The notes under the pieces are model-generated. The model saw only the letters and a list, made by a program, of their open reading frames with translations. It was not told the DNA's origin and did no database searches. 64,000 nucleotides of DNA from positions 1,488,001-1,552,000 of the forward strand of contig CP128816.1 in the NCBI GenBank assembly GCA_051546255.1, written 5' to 3'. Position numbers and translations under genes: made by a program. This DNA comes from Meyerozyma guilliermondii (Eukaryota). Below, piece by piece: positions 52,422-62,464 of this stretch (position 1 is the first letter of the stretch; each line of letters begins with the position of its first letter).

Positions 52422-55061
52422 CTACTGCTTACTCAATTTTGCCAATGTGTCGTAAAGAACCTTCAGCTGAGGTGAACTGATATCATATCCTTTCTTGGTC
52501 TGGAGCTGGGCCAAAAGAGTAGAAACCTGGGTTGAAGGTATCGACAGAGAAGTCGGTGCATATTCAGAAACATTGGAGGCCAAATTATACGGTGTTGCCT
52601 GCTGGTATGGAAGAGGTTGCTGTAGTGGTTGTTGTTGCAGTTGCTGAAGTGGATGCTGAGGTGGATGTTGAAATGGTTGCTGAGGTTGTTGTTGTAATGG
52701 TTGTTGGAGTGGTTGTTGGAGTGGTTGTTGGAGTGGTTGTTGGAGTGGTTGTTGGAGTGGTTGTTGGAGTGGTTGTTGGAGTGGTTGTTGGAGTGGTTGT
52801 TGGAGTGGTTGTTGGAGTGGTTGTTGGAGTGGTTGTTGGAGTGGTTGTTGGAGTGGTTGTTGGAGTGGTTGTTGGAGTGGTTGTTGGAGTGGTTGTTGGA
52901 GTGGTTGTTGGAGTGGTAGTTGTGGTTGTTGCGGTTGTTGCTGTTGTTGTTGCAAAAACATTATCATCTGTTGCATTGTCGTTGGATCTAAATTTTGCAA
53001 TGCCTGCAACAACTGAGTTTGCCCCGAGGGTTGCACCTGGTTAAAGTTCTGATACGGAGTAGTAGCCACCGGAATATTAGAGTTCACGCTCGGTGGTGGA
53101 GCATACTGCCCCTGCGGAGGAGCGCCGAATGGTTGCACGGAAGGTTTTTGGATGGTGGGGTTATATTGGAAACCTGGAGTTCCATTCTGATATGTTTGAT
53201 GATGGTATTGATTTGGCTGTGAATAACCAACATTTGCATGCTGATTCCCAATTGGTGGACCCTGAGGTGCTTGAGGTTGCTGAGCTTGGTTGTTAATTTT
53301 AGGAGTAGGAGAATAAGACTTTTGACGAGGACTGTAAGTAGTCGGTCCATACATGTCAGCAAACAGGGATTTGTGACCTTTCAGATCTCCAGAGCGAAGC
53401 AGAGCTGCATTTCTGGAACTTCTAACTCTTGAAGTCGTGTCATTTCCTCCTCTATCCTTTTTGATGCTTTGGTATATTGTTTGTGGTGCTGGTTGTGGTG
53501 CGGCCTGTGGTGCTGGTTCCGAAGCTGGTTCTGAAGCTGGTTCTGGCGCTGGCTCTGGCTCGACTGTGGTAGACTTTGAGGATGAGTTTTGAATGACTTC
53601 TACTGCCACAGTAGGTTCAATACCTGCGTATTCGTCGAACCTTATTCCATCGTCATTGGTCTTCTCAAATACTTGTAAGTCCACAGCATGTTCTTTAACA
53701 ATACATGCACTCCGAACACCAGAATATGCAACCTCACTGATAAGTTCGCTCAAGTCCTCATCTTCAATATCTTCCACCTGGAAAGTAATACCGGTTTCGA
53801 TAAATAGTTGCTTCAACTTCGCAGTATTGTGACCTGACGACTCGTTCGTAACAAATATTTGACATTGAATCGGGCCATCATTTGTTTTTTGTTGCTTCAA
53901 TTCCACATCTTGCTCTTTCACATCTACTTTTTGTCTTTTCATGCCTGGGGGTGTTTCCTCTACCGAACGTTCACGACCGCGAGCTGCTTCCAGATACTTT
54001 TTCCCTGGGAACGCGGGCGTCGCATTTAGTCTCCAATATCTTCCAAACAAAGGAACATCATGCTCCCCTTTAATTGCTTCTTTGCAATCAGCTTCATTAT
54101 GAAAGTGAATAAATGCAAATAAGGAACGATTAGTTACCTCATGCAATTTTCCGTACTGACTGAATATTCGGTAAAGGTCTTTTGCACTTACTGTCGCAGG
54201 AAGATTGCCAACAAACAACCGGATGTCACCCAGTGGTCGATGAATAGACGAAGTGTAGGATTCTTGGTGTTTGAGAAATTCATTGTACGCTAGTTCTTCA
54301 TCCGCAGACATGGGTATGGTTAAATTAGGTCTCCGGCAATATTCATTGTAGGGAATTAAGGGAATGGTATGGTTCCATAACAATGCTGGTTCGTTGAATG
54401 AATAGATTTGGTCGTAATTCATTCGGTCAATTTTTTCAGGTGTGAGGCCTGCAACAAGCTTTACTTTACTTCTCACCAACTCGCCCAAAATTGTCTTTTT
54501 TTGATCAAGCTCACTAAGAGCCTGGAATTCTTTACTTTTCACTAATTTACTTCGCATCACCGCTTCATAAGCTGCGCGAAACTGGATATGGGGATCAACG
54601 TCTATTCGAGAAAATTCAGGTGGGATAATCGGTCTAGGAGGTAATCCAGAGCCGGAAAAAGGCAAACGTACAACTGGTAAAGTGGCTTCAGGATCATACG
54701 AATCGTCATATTTTTCGTCGGCATTTGCTTGGATGTGGTTATTTTGCGGTTCGCGGATCACACTCTTTTCACCATCGTTAATAGTGTTATCGGCGCTTAT
54801 TTGCGTACTTGTAAATGCAGTTTCCGGATCATAATCATCGTCAGAATCAGATCCGGAGTTTGCTAACAATTCTGATGATTCTTTTGCAGTTTTGTAACTT
54901 TCTAAACGTAGTTCGACTTCATCTATTTTCATGTCATTTGCTTCAGGATCAACGCTTTCTGTCAAAGGAGCATCCTTGCTGGTAGACTCGCTCGCTATAT
55001 GAACTTTGTGCTTACCGCCGTTATCTATACTTTGTGGCGTACCCTCCATATGCTGCACCAT
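52422..55061 (-). CDS. NAB3: RRM protein Nab3 (Nrd1-Nab3-Sen1 termination complex) with a Q/P-rich tail, about 879 aa
   Basis: RRM RLFVGNLP...DLYRIFSQYG, acidic N-terminus, Q/P-rich tail ending LYDTLAKL (recalled Nab3 end: LLDSLAKLQK). Start reset to the ATG at 55061 (alternative 55049). Confidence 0.82.
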   Translation of the reverse strand: MVQHMEGTPQSIDNGGKHKVHIASESTSKDAPLTESVDPEANDMKIDEVELRLESYKTAKESSELLANSGSDSDDDYDPETAFTSTQISADNTINDGEKSVIREPQNNHIQANADEKYDDSYDPEATLPVVRLPFSGSGLPPRPIIPPEFSRIDVDPHIQFRAAYEAVMRSKLVKSKEFQALSELDQKKTILGELVRSKVKLVAGLTPEKIDRMNYDQIYSFNEPALLWNHTIPLIPYNEYCRRPNLTIPMSADEELAYNEFLKHQESYTSSIHRPLGDIRLFVGNLPATVSAKDLYRIFSQYGKLHEVTNRSLFAFIHFHNEADCKEAIKGEHDVPLFGRYWRLNATPAFPGKKYLEAARGRERSVEETPPGMKRQKVDVKEQDVELKQQKTNDGPIQCQIFVTNESSGHNTAKLKQLFIETGITFQVEDIEDEDLSELISEVAYSGVRSACIVKEHAVDLQVFEKTNDDGIRFDEYAGIEPTVAVEVIQNSSSKSTTVEPEPAPEPASEPASEPAPQAAPQPAPQTIYQSIKKDRGGNDTTSRVRSSRNAALLRSGDLKGHKSLFADMYGPTTYSPRQKSYSPTPKINNQAQQPQAPQGPPIGNQHANVGYSQPNQYHHQTYQNGTPGFQYNPTIQKPSVQPFGAPPQGQYAPPPSVNSNIPVATTPYQNFNQVQPSGQTQLLQALQNLDPTTMQQMIMFLQQQQQQPQQPQLPLQQPLQQPLQQPLQQPLQQPLQQPLQQPLQQPLQQPLQQPLQQPLQQPLQQPLQQPLQQPLQQPLQQPLQQPLQQQPQQPFQHPPQHPLQQLQQQPLQQPLPYQQATPYNLASNVSEYAPTSLSIPSTQVSTLLAQLQTKKGYDISSPQLKVLYDTLAKLSKQ
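52699..52914 (-). repeat. Perfect coding minisatellite of 18 x 12 bp (CCACTCCAACAA) encoding (PLQQ)n
   Basis: GGTTGTTGGAGT repeated without mismatch over 216 bp on the + strand. Confidence 0.97.
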
Positions 55062-55256
55062 AACGAGCCGAGAAAAAAAAATATGTATTCGTACGGCATA
55101 TAACATCAAGCGAAGTACTTTGACCCCCCCCCCCGCGTAGCGTGGAGGGCGCCAATTGTGCGAGCGGAGTATTCGATGCAACATGCAGTGCTCCGGTGCG
55201 GCGCGTCGACTACTAAAAGGTACTGTGGTCCTGAAATTTTCCACTTCGGAAAAACC

Positions 55257-56297
55257 ATGTCGTTGAATCTTGCTATAGTCGGAACGGGAATTTTTGCTAC
55301 TGATAAGCATCTTCCAACAATTGCCAACATCAAGGAGTTGACTCCTTCTGCCTGCTACAACAGAACCAAATCTAAGGCTGAAACCTTTGCTGAGAAGGCA
55401 GGGATCAAACAGGAAAATGTGTTCAATTCTTTGGAAGAGGTTTTCGAATCGAAGCTGGTTGATGCCGTAGATGCCCTTTTGCCTGTACAGTACAACTTGG
55501 ATGCTGTGAAGCTTGCGGTCCAACACAACAAGCCTATTTGTCTCGAGAAACCAATAGCTGCAAACTTGCAACAAGCTAGAGAAATTGTCAAGCTTTCTTC
55601 CGGTTCGTCGACTCCAATCGCCATTTTGGAACAATGGTCATTCTTGACGGTGATTAAGACCCTCAAAGAGGAAATTTTACCAAAAATTGGCGACATTGCT
55701 TCGTTCACTTACCACTCTACTGGAGCATGGAACGACAACAACAAATACTTGGCCACTGGCTGGAGACAGAACCCAGAACACATTGGTGGGTTCTTGAGTG
55801 ATGGTGGTGTGCATCAATTGGCTTTGTTGACCGATGTTTTGGGAGAAGTTGATACTGTCTCTGGTTTCACCAAACAGTTGAGAAAAGAGAGTGGAGCCGA
55901 TGACATCTTGTACTCTACTTTCAAGATGAAGTCTGGAGTCATTGGAAACTTTACTTATGGCTCTGCCTTCGGTGCTGCCGACAAGACGTTGAGATTCACC
56001 ATAATGGGAACCAAGGGTTCTGTCATTTACGACTTTTCTCCATCGTTGCCCAAGCCAACTCTCAGCTACCAAGTCGGTGAGTCTTCCCAACGTACTACTG
56101 AAAAAGAGGTTATTGAGGTGGACGAGATCGACAACATGAAAGCCGAGTTCGTGAACTTTGCTGAAGCTGTGTTGAGTAAGGAAAAGTCCAAGATCGTTGT
56201 TCCTCCTGCCAAGGCTTTCCACCATTTGGCAGTTATAGCTGCTGCTCTTGAAAGTTCGAGCAAAAACGGTACCGCTGTAAAGGTAGAGGAGCCATGA
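55257..56297 (+). CDS. Gfo/Idh/MocA family NAD(P)-dependent oxidoreductase (YMR315W-like)
   Basis: Begins MSLNLAIVGTGIFA; motifs EKPIA and GGFLSDGGVH. ATG at 55257. Confidence 0.92.
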   Translation: MSLNLAIVGTGIFATDKHLPTIANIKELTPSACYNRTKSKAETFAEKAGIKQENVFNSLEEVFESKLVDAVDALLPVQYNLDAVKLAVQHNKPICLEKPIAANLQQAREIVKLSSGSSTPIAILEQWSFLTVIKTLKEEILPKIGDIASFTYHSTGAWNDNNKYLATGWRQNPEHIGGFLSDGGVHQLALLTDVLGEVDTVSGFTKQLRKESGADDILYSTFKMKSGVIGNFTYGSAFGAADKTLRFTIMGTKGSVIYDFSPSLPKPTLSYQVGESSQRTTEKEVIEVDEIDNMKAEFVNFAEAVLSKEKSKIVVPPAKAFHHLAVIAAALESSSKNGTAVKVEEP

Positions 56298-56323
56298 ATT
56301 AAATGCTATTGAGATAAAAATAT

Positions 56324-57424
56324 TCACAATTCATCCTTTGCGTATTGCAATGCTGTAGAAACCACATCCTCCCAAGTCGAAGCAACATTGTTGGTATCAA
56401 TGTCAATAACTATATCAGAGACGACCAGGATTGCAGATTCGAGAGCTGACAGGATCGACGACGACGAGATCGATGAAATTGACGAAATTGACGAAATTGA
56501 CAGAGCAGAAAGCAGTGTCAGAGTAGATGACAATAAGGTCTCAACGATTGGCGAGGATATCGCTGCTGTGTCCATTTTTGAAGCCGAGTAATCAAAGTTC
56601 ATGTTGGGCAAAAACCATGAGAATACTCGGAACACCTTCATGATGGTCCAGAAGAGCAATCTAACTGGTAACCTGAAAATTCTTCTCCATAAGATCCATG
56701 CGCTGCAAAGTAAGAGGAACCCAATACTAATATAGATCCGCTTTTTGTCCTGTTTATCTTGCTTTTCAATAAAACGAACAATGTTTTTGGACTTTTCCAA
56801 AGTTGCGGTCAAGTCAGACAACTTGAAACTCAATTGGGCAATGTCCTGGGTTTGTTGGTCCAAGTTGTCTATATTTAGACCCGTCTGTACGACGGAAGAA
56901 GCCATCATCTGCCTCGTCGACTGTAAAGCAGCCGTTATCGACTTATTATGAGCAAAGATCTGGTCGTCTACGGTTTCCTTAGTTTTAGTTGTGCTTCGTC
57001 CAGCGAATAACTGTTCCCTCGCCTCTGTATGGTCAGGTGATTTTGGTCTGGGGGCATACTTGTCGATGCGTGCCTGGTGGATTATTTCCCGTTCACGAGC
57101 ACTGGATAATAGTTGGCTTTCTCTCAATCTTACTCGCAAGTGACCAAGTTTTTGTTGGTAGGCGAGGTAATCTTCCTTATAAAAGTCATAGTTTCCACTT
57201 GAGTTGAGTTCTGCCTTTAATATGTCCAAAAGATCTCGATAATTGTTGAGAGTTTGTTGAACTCGGCGGGTAATTTTTGTTCTTCTGGATTCAATTGAAC
57301 CTTCGTAATCATCATCAGTAACTGCAATGCTGGCTATTTGAGAAAATGCTTCATTCTGAAGTACCTGTAAGCCATGGAAACACCTTTCGATGTCGCCTGG
57401 TCGTAGTATGTCGGATGCTATCAT
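56324..57424 (-). CDS. SEC20: ER SNARE Sec20
   Basis: SNARE coil followed by DKQDKKRIY, a TM segment and WRR; Ser-rich lumenal tail ending in KDEL. ATG at 57424. Confidence 0.88.
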   Translation of the reverse strand: MIASDILRPGDIERCFHGLQVLQNEAFSQIASIAVTDDDYEGSIESRRTKITRRVQQTLNNYRDLLDILKAELNSSGNYDFYKEDYLAYQQKLGHLRVRLRESQLLSSAREREIIHQARIDKYAPRPKSPDHTEAREQLFAGRSTTKTKETVDDQIFAHNKSITAALQSTRQMMASSVVQTGLNIDNLDQQTQDIAQLSFKLSDLTATLEKSKNIVRFIEKQDKQDKKRIYISIGFLLLCSAWILWRRIFRLPVRLLFWTIMKVFRVFSWFLPNMNFDYSASKMDTAAISSPIVETLLSSTLTLLSALSISSISSISSISSSSILSALESAILVVSDIVIDIDTNNVASTWEDVVSTALQYAKDEL

Positions 57425-57592
57425 TGGGTCTGAGTTAGTTCCCAAAAGCAAATTTCCTGTGTGAATCTCGAATCTGAAACCAATTTGAAATATCCTGCGC
57501 GCTATTCCTGTATGGCATTATCGCGAGTAACTCCAAGAACTAAACCATATATCAATAATTTAGGGTAGAAGATAACTCGCACCAAATAAGCA

Positions 57593-58927
57593 ATGTCTGA
57601 CTTCCACAATACCAAACGCCCATTTGACCTCGCAGCATCTCTCGAAGAACAGCAACGACTCAGAGATGAAAGAAAGCGGTCCAAAAACGGATATACAGGC
57701 TTCGATAAGAATACTCCTCCCCATTTACAATTCATTAAAAGACCCCTTGTAACCGTCAACAAAGATCCACCTTCGCCGTTGAGGTTGAAAATCATGTCCT
57801 ACAACACTTTGGCTCAGTCATTGGTCCGACGTACTCTCTTTCCCACAAGTGGAAACGCATTAAAATGGGCCACCAGATCGAAGGTTTTAACCAGCGAATT
57901 GAAATATTACGACGCAGACATAATGTGCTTGCAAGAGGTTGACGAAGTTCAATTCGAATCCTATTGGAAAGAAAAGCTCAAGGAGCTAGGTTACGAATAC
58001 AAATTTGAGCGAGCATACACGAAGAGACATGGCATTGTCATTGCGTTCAAGCCACAATTGGTGAGCAGTACTTATTCAAGGGTTATCAACTATGATAGAG
58101 AAGATGCCGGCTTCCTTAGTTCGCAGACAACCACAGACAATCTTGGCCTTGTAACTTGCTTGAGCTTCACCAAAGAAACACGAGAAAAATACCCTCAATT
58201 GAAGTCTGGAATTGTAATCGCTACTACCCACCTCTTCTGGCATCCCATGGGAACATATGAAAGAGCCAGACAAAGCTTTCTCTTGATGCTGAGAACAATC
58301 CAGTTTGCTATGATGTTGGGTGGCTCACCAAATTCCTTTTATCATTTTATGGCTGGTGACTTCAATACCCAGCCCTTTGACTTTCCATACTTGGCTATGA
58401 CGTCGAGTAAGCCTTTGTCGAGACAAGTTGGGGAGCCTGAAGCGGTCCTTGCTAAATCTTTGGGAACAGTTATTGATGATGAAGAGGAAGAAGAAGAGGA
58501 AGCGGATGGTCAAACAAGAAGCGCTCCACAATCTGCTCCCACCGAAAACCAACTCAGCACCATTGACGAACTTAAAACTTTGTACGATGAGATGCCATTC
58601 AATGCTATTTCGTTATATTCAATAGGTTACGAGCTGGTAGATCCAGCCAACAGTGGAATCGACAATGCCGATCACGAGCCATATTTTTCCAACTGGGCCC
58701 ACGCCTGGAGGGGCTTATTGGACTATATCTTCGTTTTGGCCCCCAGAATCAACCAAAGACAACCCGATGTGCGCGAGCGTTTAGTTGAGGATCAAGGTGT
58801 GAAGCTCATTAGTCTTCTTCGTTTACCCAGAAAGCAGGAGATGGGGTCTGAACCATCGGGACAGCCAAGAACTGGACAATATCCATCCGATCATTTGTGT
58901 TTGATGGCCGAAGTAGAATTAAGCTGA
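57593..58927 (+). CDS. NGL2: Ccr4-like EEP exonuclease Ngl2/Ngl3
   Basis: Motifs [32 protein letters not shown] and YPSDH. Confidence 0.9.
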   Translation: MSDFHNTKRPFDLAASLEEQQRLRDERKRSKNGYTGFDKNTPPHLQFIKRPLVTVNKDPPSPLRLKIMSYNTLAQSLVRRTLFPTSGNALKWATRSKVLTSELKYYDADIMCLQEVDEVQFESYWKEKLKELGYEYKFERAYTKRHGIVIAFKPQLVSSTYSRVINYDREDAGFLSSQTTTDNLGLVTCLSFTKETREKYPQLKSGIVIATTHLFWHPMGTYERARQSFLLMLRTIQFAMMLGGSPNSFYHFMAGDFNTQPFDFPYLAMTSSKPLSRQVGEPEAVLAKSLGTVIDDEEEEEEEADGQTRSAPQSAPTENQLSTIDELKTLYDEMPFNAISLYSIGYELVDPANSGIDNADHEPYFSNWAHAWRGLLDYIFVLAPRINQRQPDVRERLVEDQGVKLISLLRLPRKQEMGSEPSGQPRTGQYPSDHLCLMAEVELS

Positions 58928-59746
58928 TAAGTCAATCATTTGTGATACCAAATCTTCTAATGGCCCGTAATCCTTTCTTTCTATCAAGTTGAACTCCTTG
59001 CTAAAAAGCACATAGTGCTTCAAGCTAGTGTTCAAATGACTTTGTAAACCCAACTCAGAGATTTCATGGAAATGATGACAATAGATGTGAGCGTAAATAC
59101 GGAACATGCGCTTGAAGATGGTTTTGACCAACATGGGGAACTGTTGCGGGAACGGAGCACCGATCTTTGAGGGGAAGATATTGTCGTTATCGAAAAAATT
59201 TTGAATCCAGTTCATCAAATGTTCGATATAGTCGGCGGCTGGTAACGAAACAGGCTTTTTAGGCAGCGAGCTGCCATTCATTGCGGGGTTGGTTTCTTGC
59301 CATAGGTACTCGTATTCATCTGTGGCTGTCATTCTAGGACAAGTTTGTGGCGAGCAAAACTCTGTAATAGCACCATATAGCATGTTTATCTGGTTGTAAA
59401 AATCTACCACATGAACCGCTAGCCATTCATTAACCTCTTCGTCTTGAGGAAGTTTTACTGCTTGGATCAATGCATTATCAGAACCCAATGTTTGCTCAGC
59501 ATAGTTTCGAATATCCTTGTGTGTGGATACGGTTTGGCCATTATTGTTCAAGTTGATGGTCTGGTACTGTTGTGGGGAGTTGGGATTGGTGTTACTTTGG
59601 TTCAATTCGTATGGGTCTAATCTTGGAGTCGAAGGAAAAGCTGAACTCGATACCGGTTGAGGACTTGAAATGGGAGACGTCAGCTTCAACTTGAACCCAC
59701 GGGTTGACCGCAACGAGTGCGTGTTGAAATTTTGAAAGAAGGACAT
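58919..59746 (-). CDS. MOB1: Mitotic exit network kinase activator Mob1
   Basis: Begins MSFFQNF; motifs [31 protein letters not shown] and [12 protein letters not shown] at 59746. Confidence 0.95.
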   Translation of the reverse strand: MSFFQNFNTHSLRSTRGFKLKLTSPISSPQPVSSSAFPSTPRLDPYELNQSNTNPNSPQQYQTINLNNNGQTVSTHKDIRNYAEQTLGSDNALIQAVKLPQDEEVNEWLAVHVVDFYNQINMLYGAITEFCSPQTCPRMTATDEYEYLWQETNPAMNGSSLPKKPVSLPAADYIEHLMNWIQNFFDNDNIFPSKIGAPFPQQFPMLVKTIFKRMFRIYAHIYCHHFHEISELGLQSHLNTSLKHYVLFSKEFNLIERKDYGPLEDLVSQMIDLSA

Positions 59747-59853
59747 GATGTGAAGCAACTAGAGATTGCAGCACGCAGAATATATACCGATCGACTTGTG
59801 TTTACAATATCGGCCGCATTGGGTAATTGGAGCCACGTCACGTGAGCGAACAA

Positions 59854-60727
59854 TTACAGAAGCAAGTGTTTAACTGCCGCCGAATCCACAAAGTCGAAGG
59901 TCAAGGGAATTAAATCAAATGGTTGTTTTTCTTCGTCTGGAGGAGTCTGGTGTTTTTGGGCTCTTTGGAGCCTGGAATAGTATGATTTTTGTGACACGAT
60001 CTGGATGGTAGTGTACTGGGTGGAAATTCGGTTCTGCAAGTGTAGAAGCTTGGAAGCGATATGCAGGTCCACAGATAATTTGGGCTGAGTAACTCCAGTG
60101 TGTTTCAGTGGGTTGAATTCCATGATTTCCTTGATCCCCTGAACGAGCCAATTGTAGTTGATTCTGAAAAAGTTTCTGCCAAAAGGGGAGAAGACTAGTG
60201 GAACTATGTGTTCTAGGTTGAGTATTGTAGCCACTAGCAGGTAGTGAAGAGCATCAAGCAAACTTTCGATAGGAAGGAACATATGGCTCGTGTTATAATG
60301 AATACTTAGCTCAACCTTTGTGAGCTTGCATATGGAGTCCCGGCTATTGTTGAAGAAAGAACTCAATTCTGTGGTTATAGGTGGAAATATTTCACATTGA
60401 GGGTGCAACGAAATAGTGCAATTTCCATCCTCTTCAATGAACAAATGTGGCTTGTACTTGCACTGGGCCCAGAACTTGGCACTCTCCAACGCGTGTCCCA
60501 AACAATCGACCAAGTCTCCGTAATCGCCACTTCTAAGTAAAATGTTGTTGAGATGAAGTTTAATTTCAACCTGCTATCAGTACAAATTCCCCAGAAAACA
60601 GCTTCATACTTACCACAAATGAGCTACTAGGTATTTTAAGCTGTCCTAGCCTATTCTCGCCTTCCAATCGATATCCAAACGAAAACTGGTCATTATGGCA
60701 TTGAAGGGTGATCATGTTTGCAACCAT
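59854..60727 (-). CDS. REC102: Probable meiotic Spo11 partner Rec102 (TopoVIB-like), two exons (60727-60614 and 60570-59854), about 276 aa
   Basis: The spliced product aligns by eye with recalled S. cerevisiae Rec102 blocks: LKIP...VEIKLHL vs LYIP...LKIKLNF; ESAKFWAQ vs SSIRFWEEQ; LEHIVPLVFS..GR vs LEFEYPMVFS..SR. Confidence 0.68.
60571..60613 (-). other. Spliceosomal intron (43 nt, phase 0) in the REC102-like gene
   Basis: 5' splice site GTAAGT (60613-60608), variant branch point TACTGAT (60582-60576), 3' splice site CAG (60573-60571). It joins a 38-codon exon in frame. Confidence 0.75.
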
Positions 60728-60862
60728 TTTCTGGCGCGCGCGCAGTTTTATGTCAAATTACGATTCCAAGGTCATCTCTGTAGCATACAATAATAGGGAT
60801 TCTTGGTTACTGTAGTGTCTCCCAGCAGCATTGACGTGTATCCTTTGGTAGAGCTGGAGACT

Positions 60863-61525
60863 ATGGCCACTCCTCAAAGCTTCAAGACTCTTCAAGGTGT
60901 AGTTGTGCTTTCTTCGTTGTGCAGAGTTCCCACAATAGCACAACTAAAAAGCCTTCCGCTGGAGAGATCAAGGTACTTGGCACTCTACAAGCGCTTCTAC
61001 AGGCTAAGAATGTTTGTGGGACAGAATCAGTGGAAATTGGACCATTATTGCCGCATTCTCCGACGAAGGTTTCAGAGAGAAGATTTCAACGAAAGAAGAT
61101 CAGTGGTTTTGGCGGCCGCTGATCCGTCATCTGAGAGTCCAATTCCCACATTGGACAGCGATGGGATCTTGAATCGTCTCGTCAATACTTTGGCTTTTGT
61201 TCACAATTCTACAGTACATCTTCCAAGTGCCGCAGATGAGAAGCGACCTTTATACTTTGAAGATCTCAAGGTACCTCAAAGAATGGAGGCTAAAATTATA
61301 GGAACCATTCTTGAAATGGATAGGTCACAGGATCCCCGTATCAAGCATGATCCTCATTATAAATGGATCACTGATATTACATCCACTCTTGCATCAATTG
61401 ATCCTGAAATTCCGCCCAAGCAATTTCCCAAAAAGTTTCCCTCCAGTCCAGGTATGCTAATTGGTATGCGTACACATGAAATAACGTTAATGGGACTCAA
61501 CGAGACAGTGCAATTGTGCTTATAA
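60863..61525 (+). CDS. IRC19: Irc19/Rrg4-like mitochondrial protein
   Basis: ER...LYKRFYRLR.F...Y..ILR.RF..EDF..RR, NTLAFV.NS..HLP and the C-terminal TLMGLNET..L.L match the recalled Irc19 sequence. ATG at 60863. Confidence 0.78.
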   Translation: MATPQSFKTLQGVVVLSSLCRVPTIAQLKSLPLERSRYLALYKRFYRLRMFVGQNQWKLDHYCRILRRRFQREDFNERRSVVLAAADPSSESPIPTLDSDGILNRLVNTLAFVHNSTVHLPSAADEKRPLYFEDLKVPQRMEAKIIGTILEMDRSQDPRIKHDPHYKWITDITSTLASIDPEIPPKQFPKKFPSSPGMLIGMRTHEITLMGLNETVQLCL

Positions 61526-61606
61526 ATTCTTGCTGTTTGAAATGTCTCCACTCGAGTCCGCGCACAATTTCATCAAATCAGTTCTCAACTTATCAAAACC
61601 AAAATT

Positions 61607-62035
61607 ATGGGTTGGTTACCATTTGGCAAGTCTTCCTCGGAAAAGGGCCCAGCACCTACTCAAGTAGAACAAAGGAGTCATCAACCGTTGAATTTGGACC
61701 CGCAATCTGATATTTCACACACTTTGAACCAGTTGGATGAAGCCAGCAATGGACCTATTAAGCTCCAAAAAATGACTGCCGAAACCAAAAAAGCCAATGA
61801 CAAAATGGTGGGAGAGTTCGTTGCCGAGAGACCTGCTAACATGTTCATCATTGACGGCGAAAAGTACAAAGACGAAAGTATAATTTGCACCAACAATGAA
61901 ACCGGGGGCAAAACTTGCTTGAAGTTACGTTACAACTCGATTGAATTGTTCAAGCAAATGCAAAAGTTGGAATACTTTTGCTCGTTGCCTGATGATATCA
62001 ACGCCACCTACTTTGAATGTCGAAAGATCAAATAG
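61607..62035 (+). CDS. Hypothetical protein, 142 aa
   Basis: ATG-initiated ORF with typical codon usage filling the IRC19-ISA1 gap; no family recognised. Confidence 0.7.
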   Translation: MGWLPFGKSSSEKGPAPTQVEQRSHQPLNLDPQSDISHTLNQLDEASNGPIKLQKMTAETKKANDKMVGEFVAERPANMFIIDGEKYKDESIICTNNETGGKTCLKLRYNSIELFKQMQKLEYFCSLPDDINATYFECRKIK

Positions 62036-62464
62036 GATGGTCGGATTTACGCACAATTTTATGGCATTAATTAAAACGAATTTCGGCTCTTAAATGTTGT
62101 AGCAACGTCTGCTAAATACAAGGCTATAATTGTATTCAGTTGTATTTAGTGTATTTAGTTGTATTCATACTATCCTTGTGATTGCGTTTGATTGAATGAT
62201 TTCATGTAACATATCACTGTATCGCTACCATCATAAGTGGTTCAAAGTATTATTAGAGTTTTGGGTACTGCCAGGCACTATAATGCACTTTGGCTACTCC
62301 ATGATATGCTGTAGTTTATTATAATGCAAAAATCTATCCCATACGTCACTTCATTCTTCGGTTCCGAGAGTCGGACATGCTTGGTCACCGTGAACTTAAA
62401 TCCAACAGAAAGCTATATCCAACCTCTTTCCACGTCTAGCCACATCTAGCAGCACAAAAGCACC

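Noticed and set aside
52699..52914. Repeat considered as a CRISPR array or telomeric seed
   Set aside because: It has no spacers, the genome is eukaryotic, and the repeat is in frame inside a Q/P-rich coding region.
52532..53044. (VVGV)n and (LLEW)n ORFs on the + strand
   Set aside because: These are alternative-frame readings of the NAB3 minisatellite.
55062..55634. 191-aa N-terminal extension of NAB3 in the track's 1070-aa ORF
   Set aside because: It runs antisense through the oxidoreductase CDS and the shared promoter, and has no Nab3-like character.
62131..62167. Short TGTATT(C/T)AG(T) tandem repeat
   Set aside because: Low-complexity sequence in a convergent terminator region; nothing supports a function.
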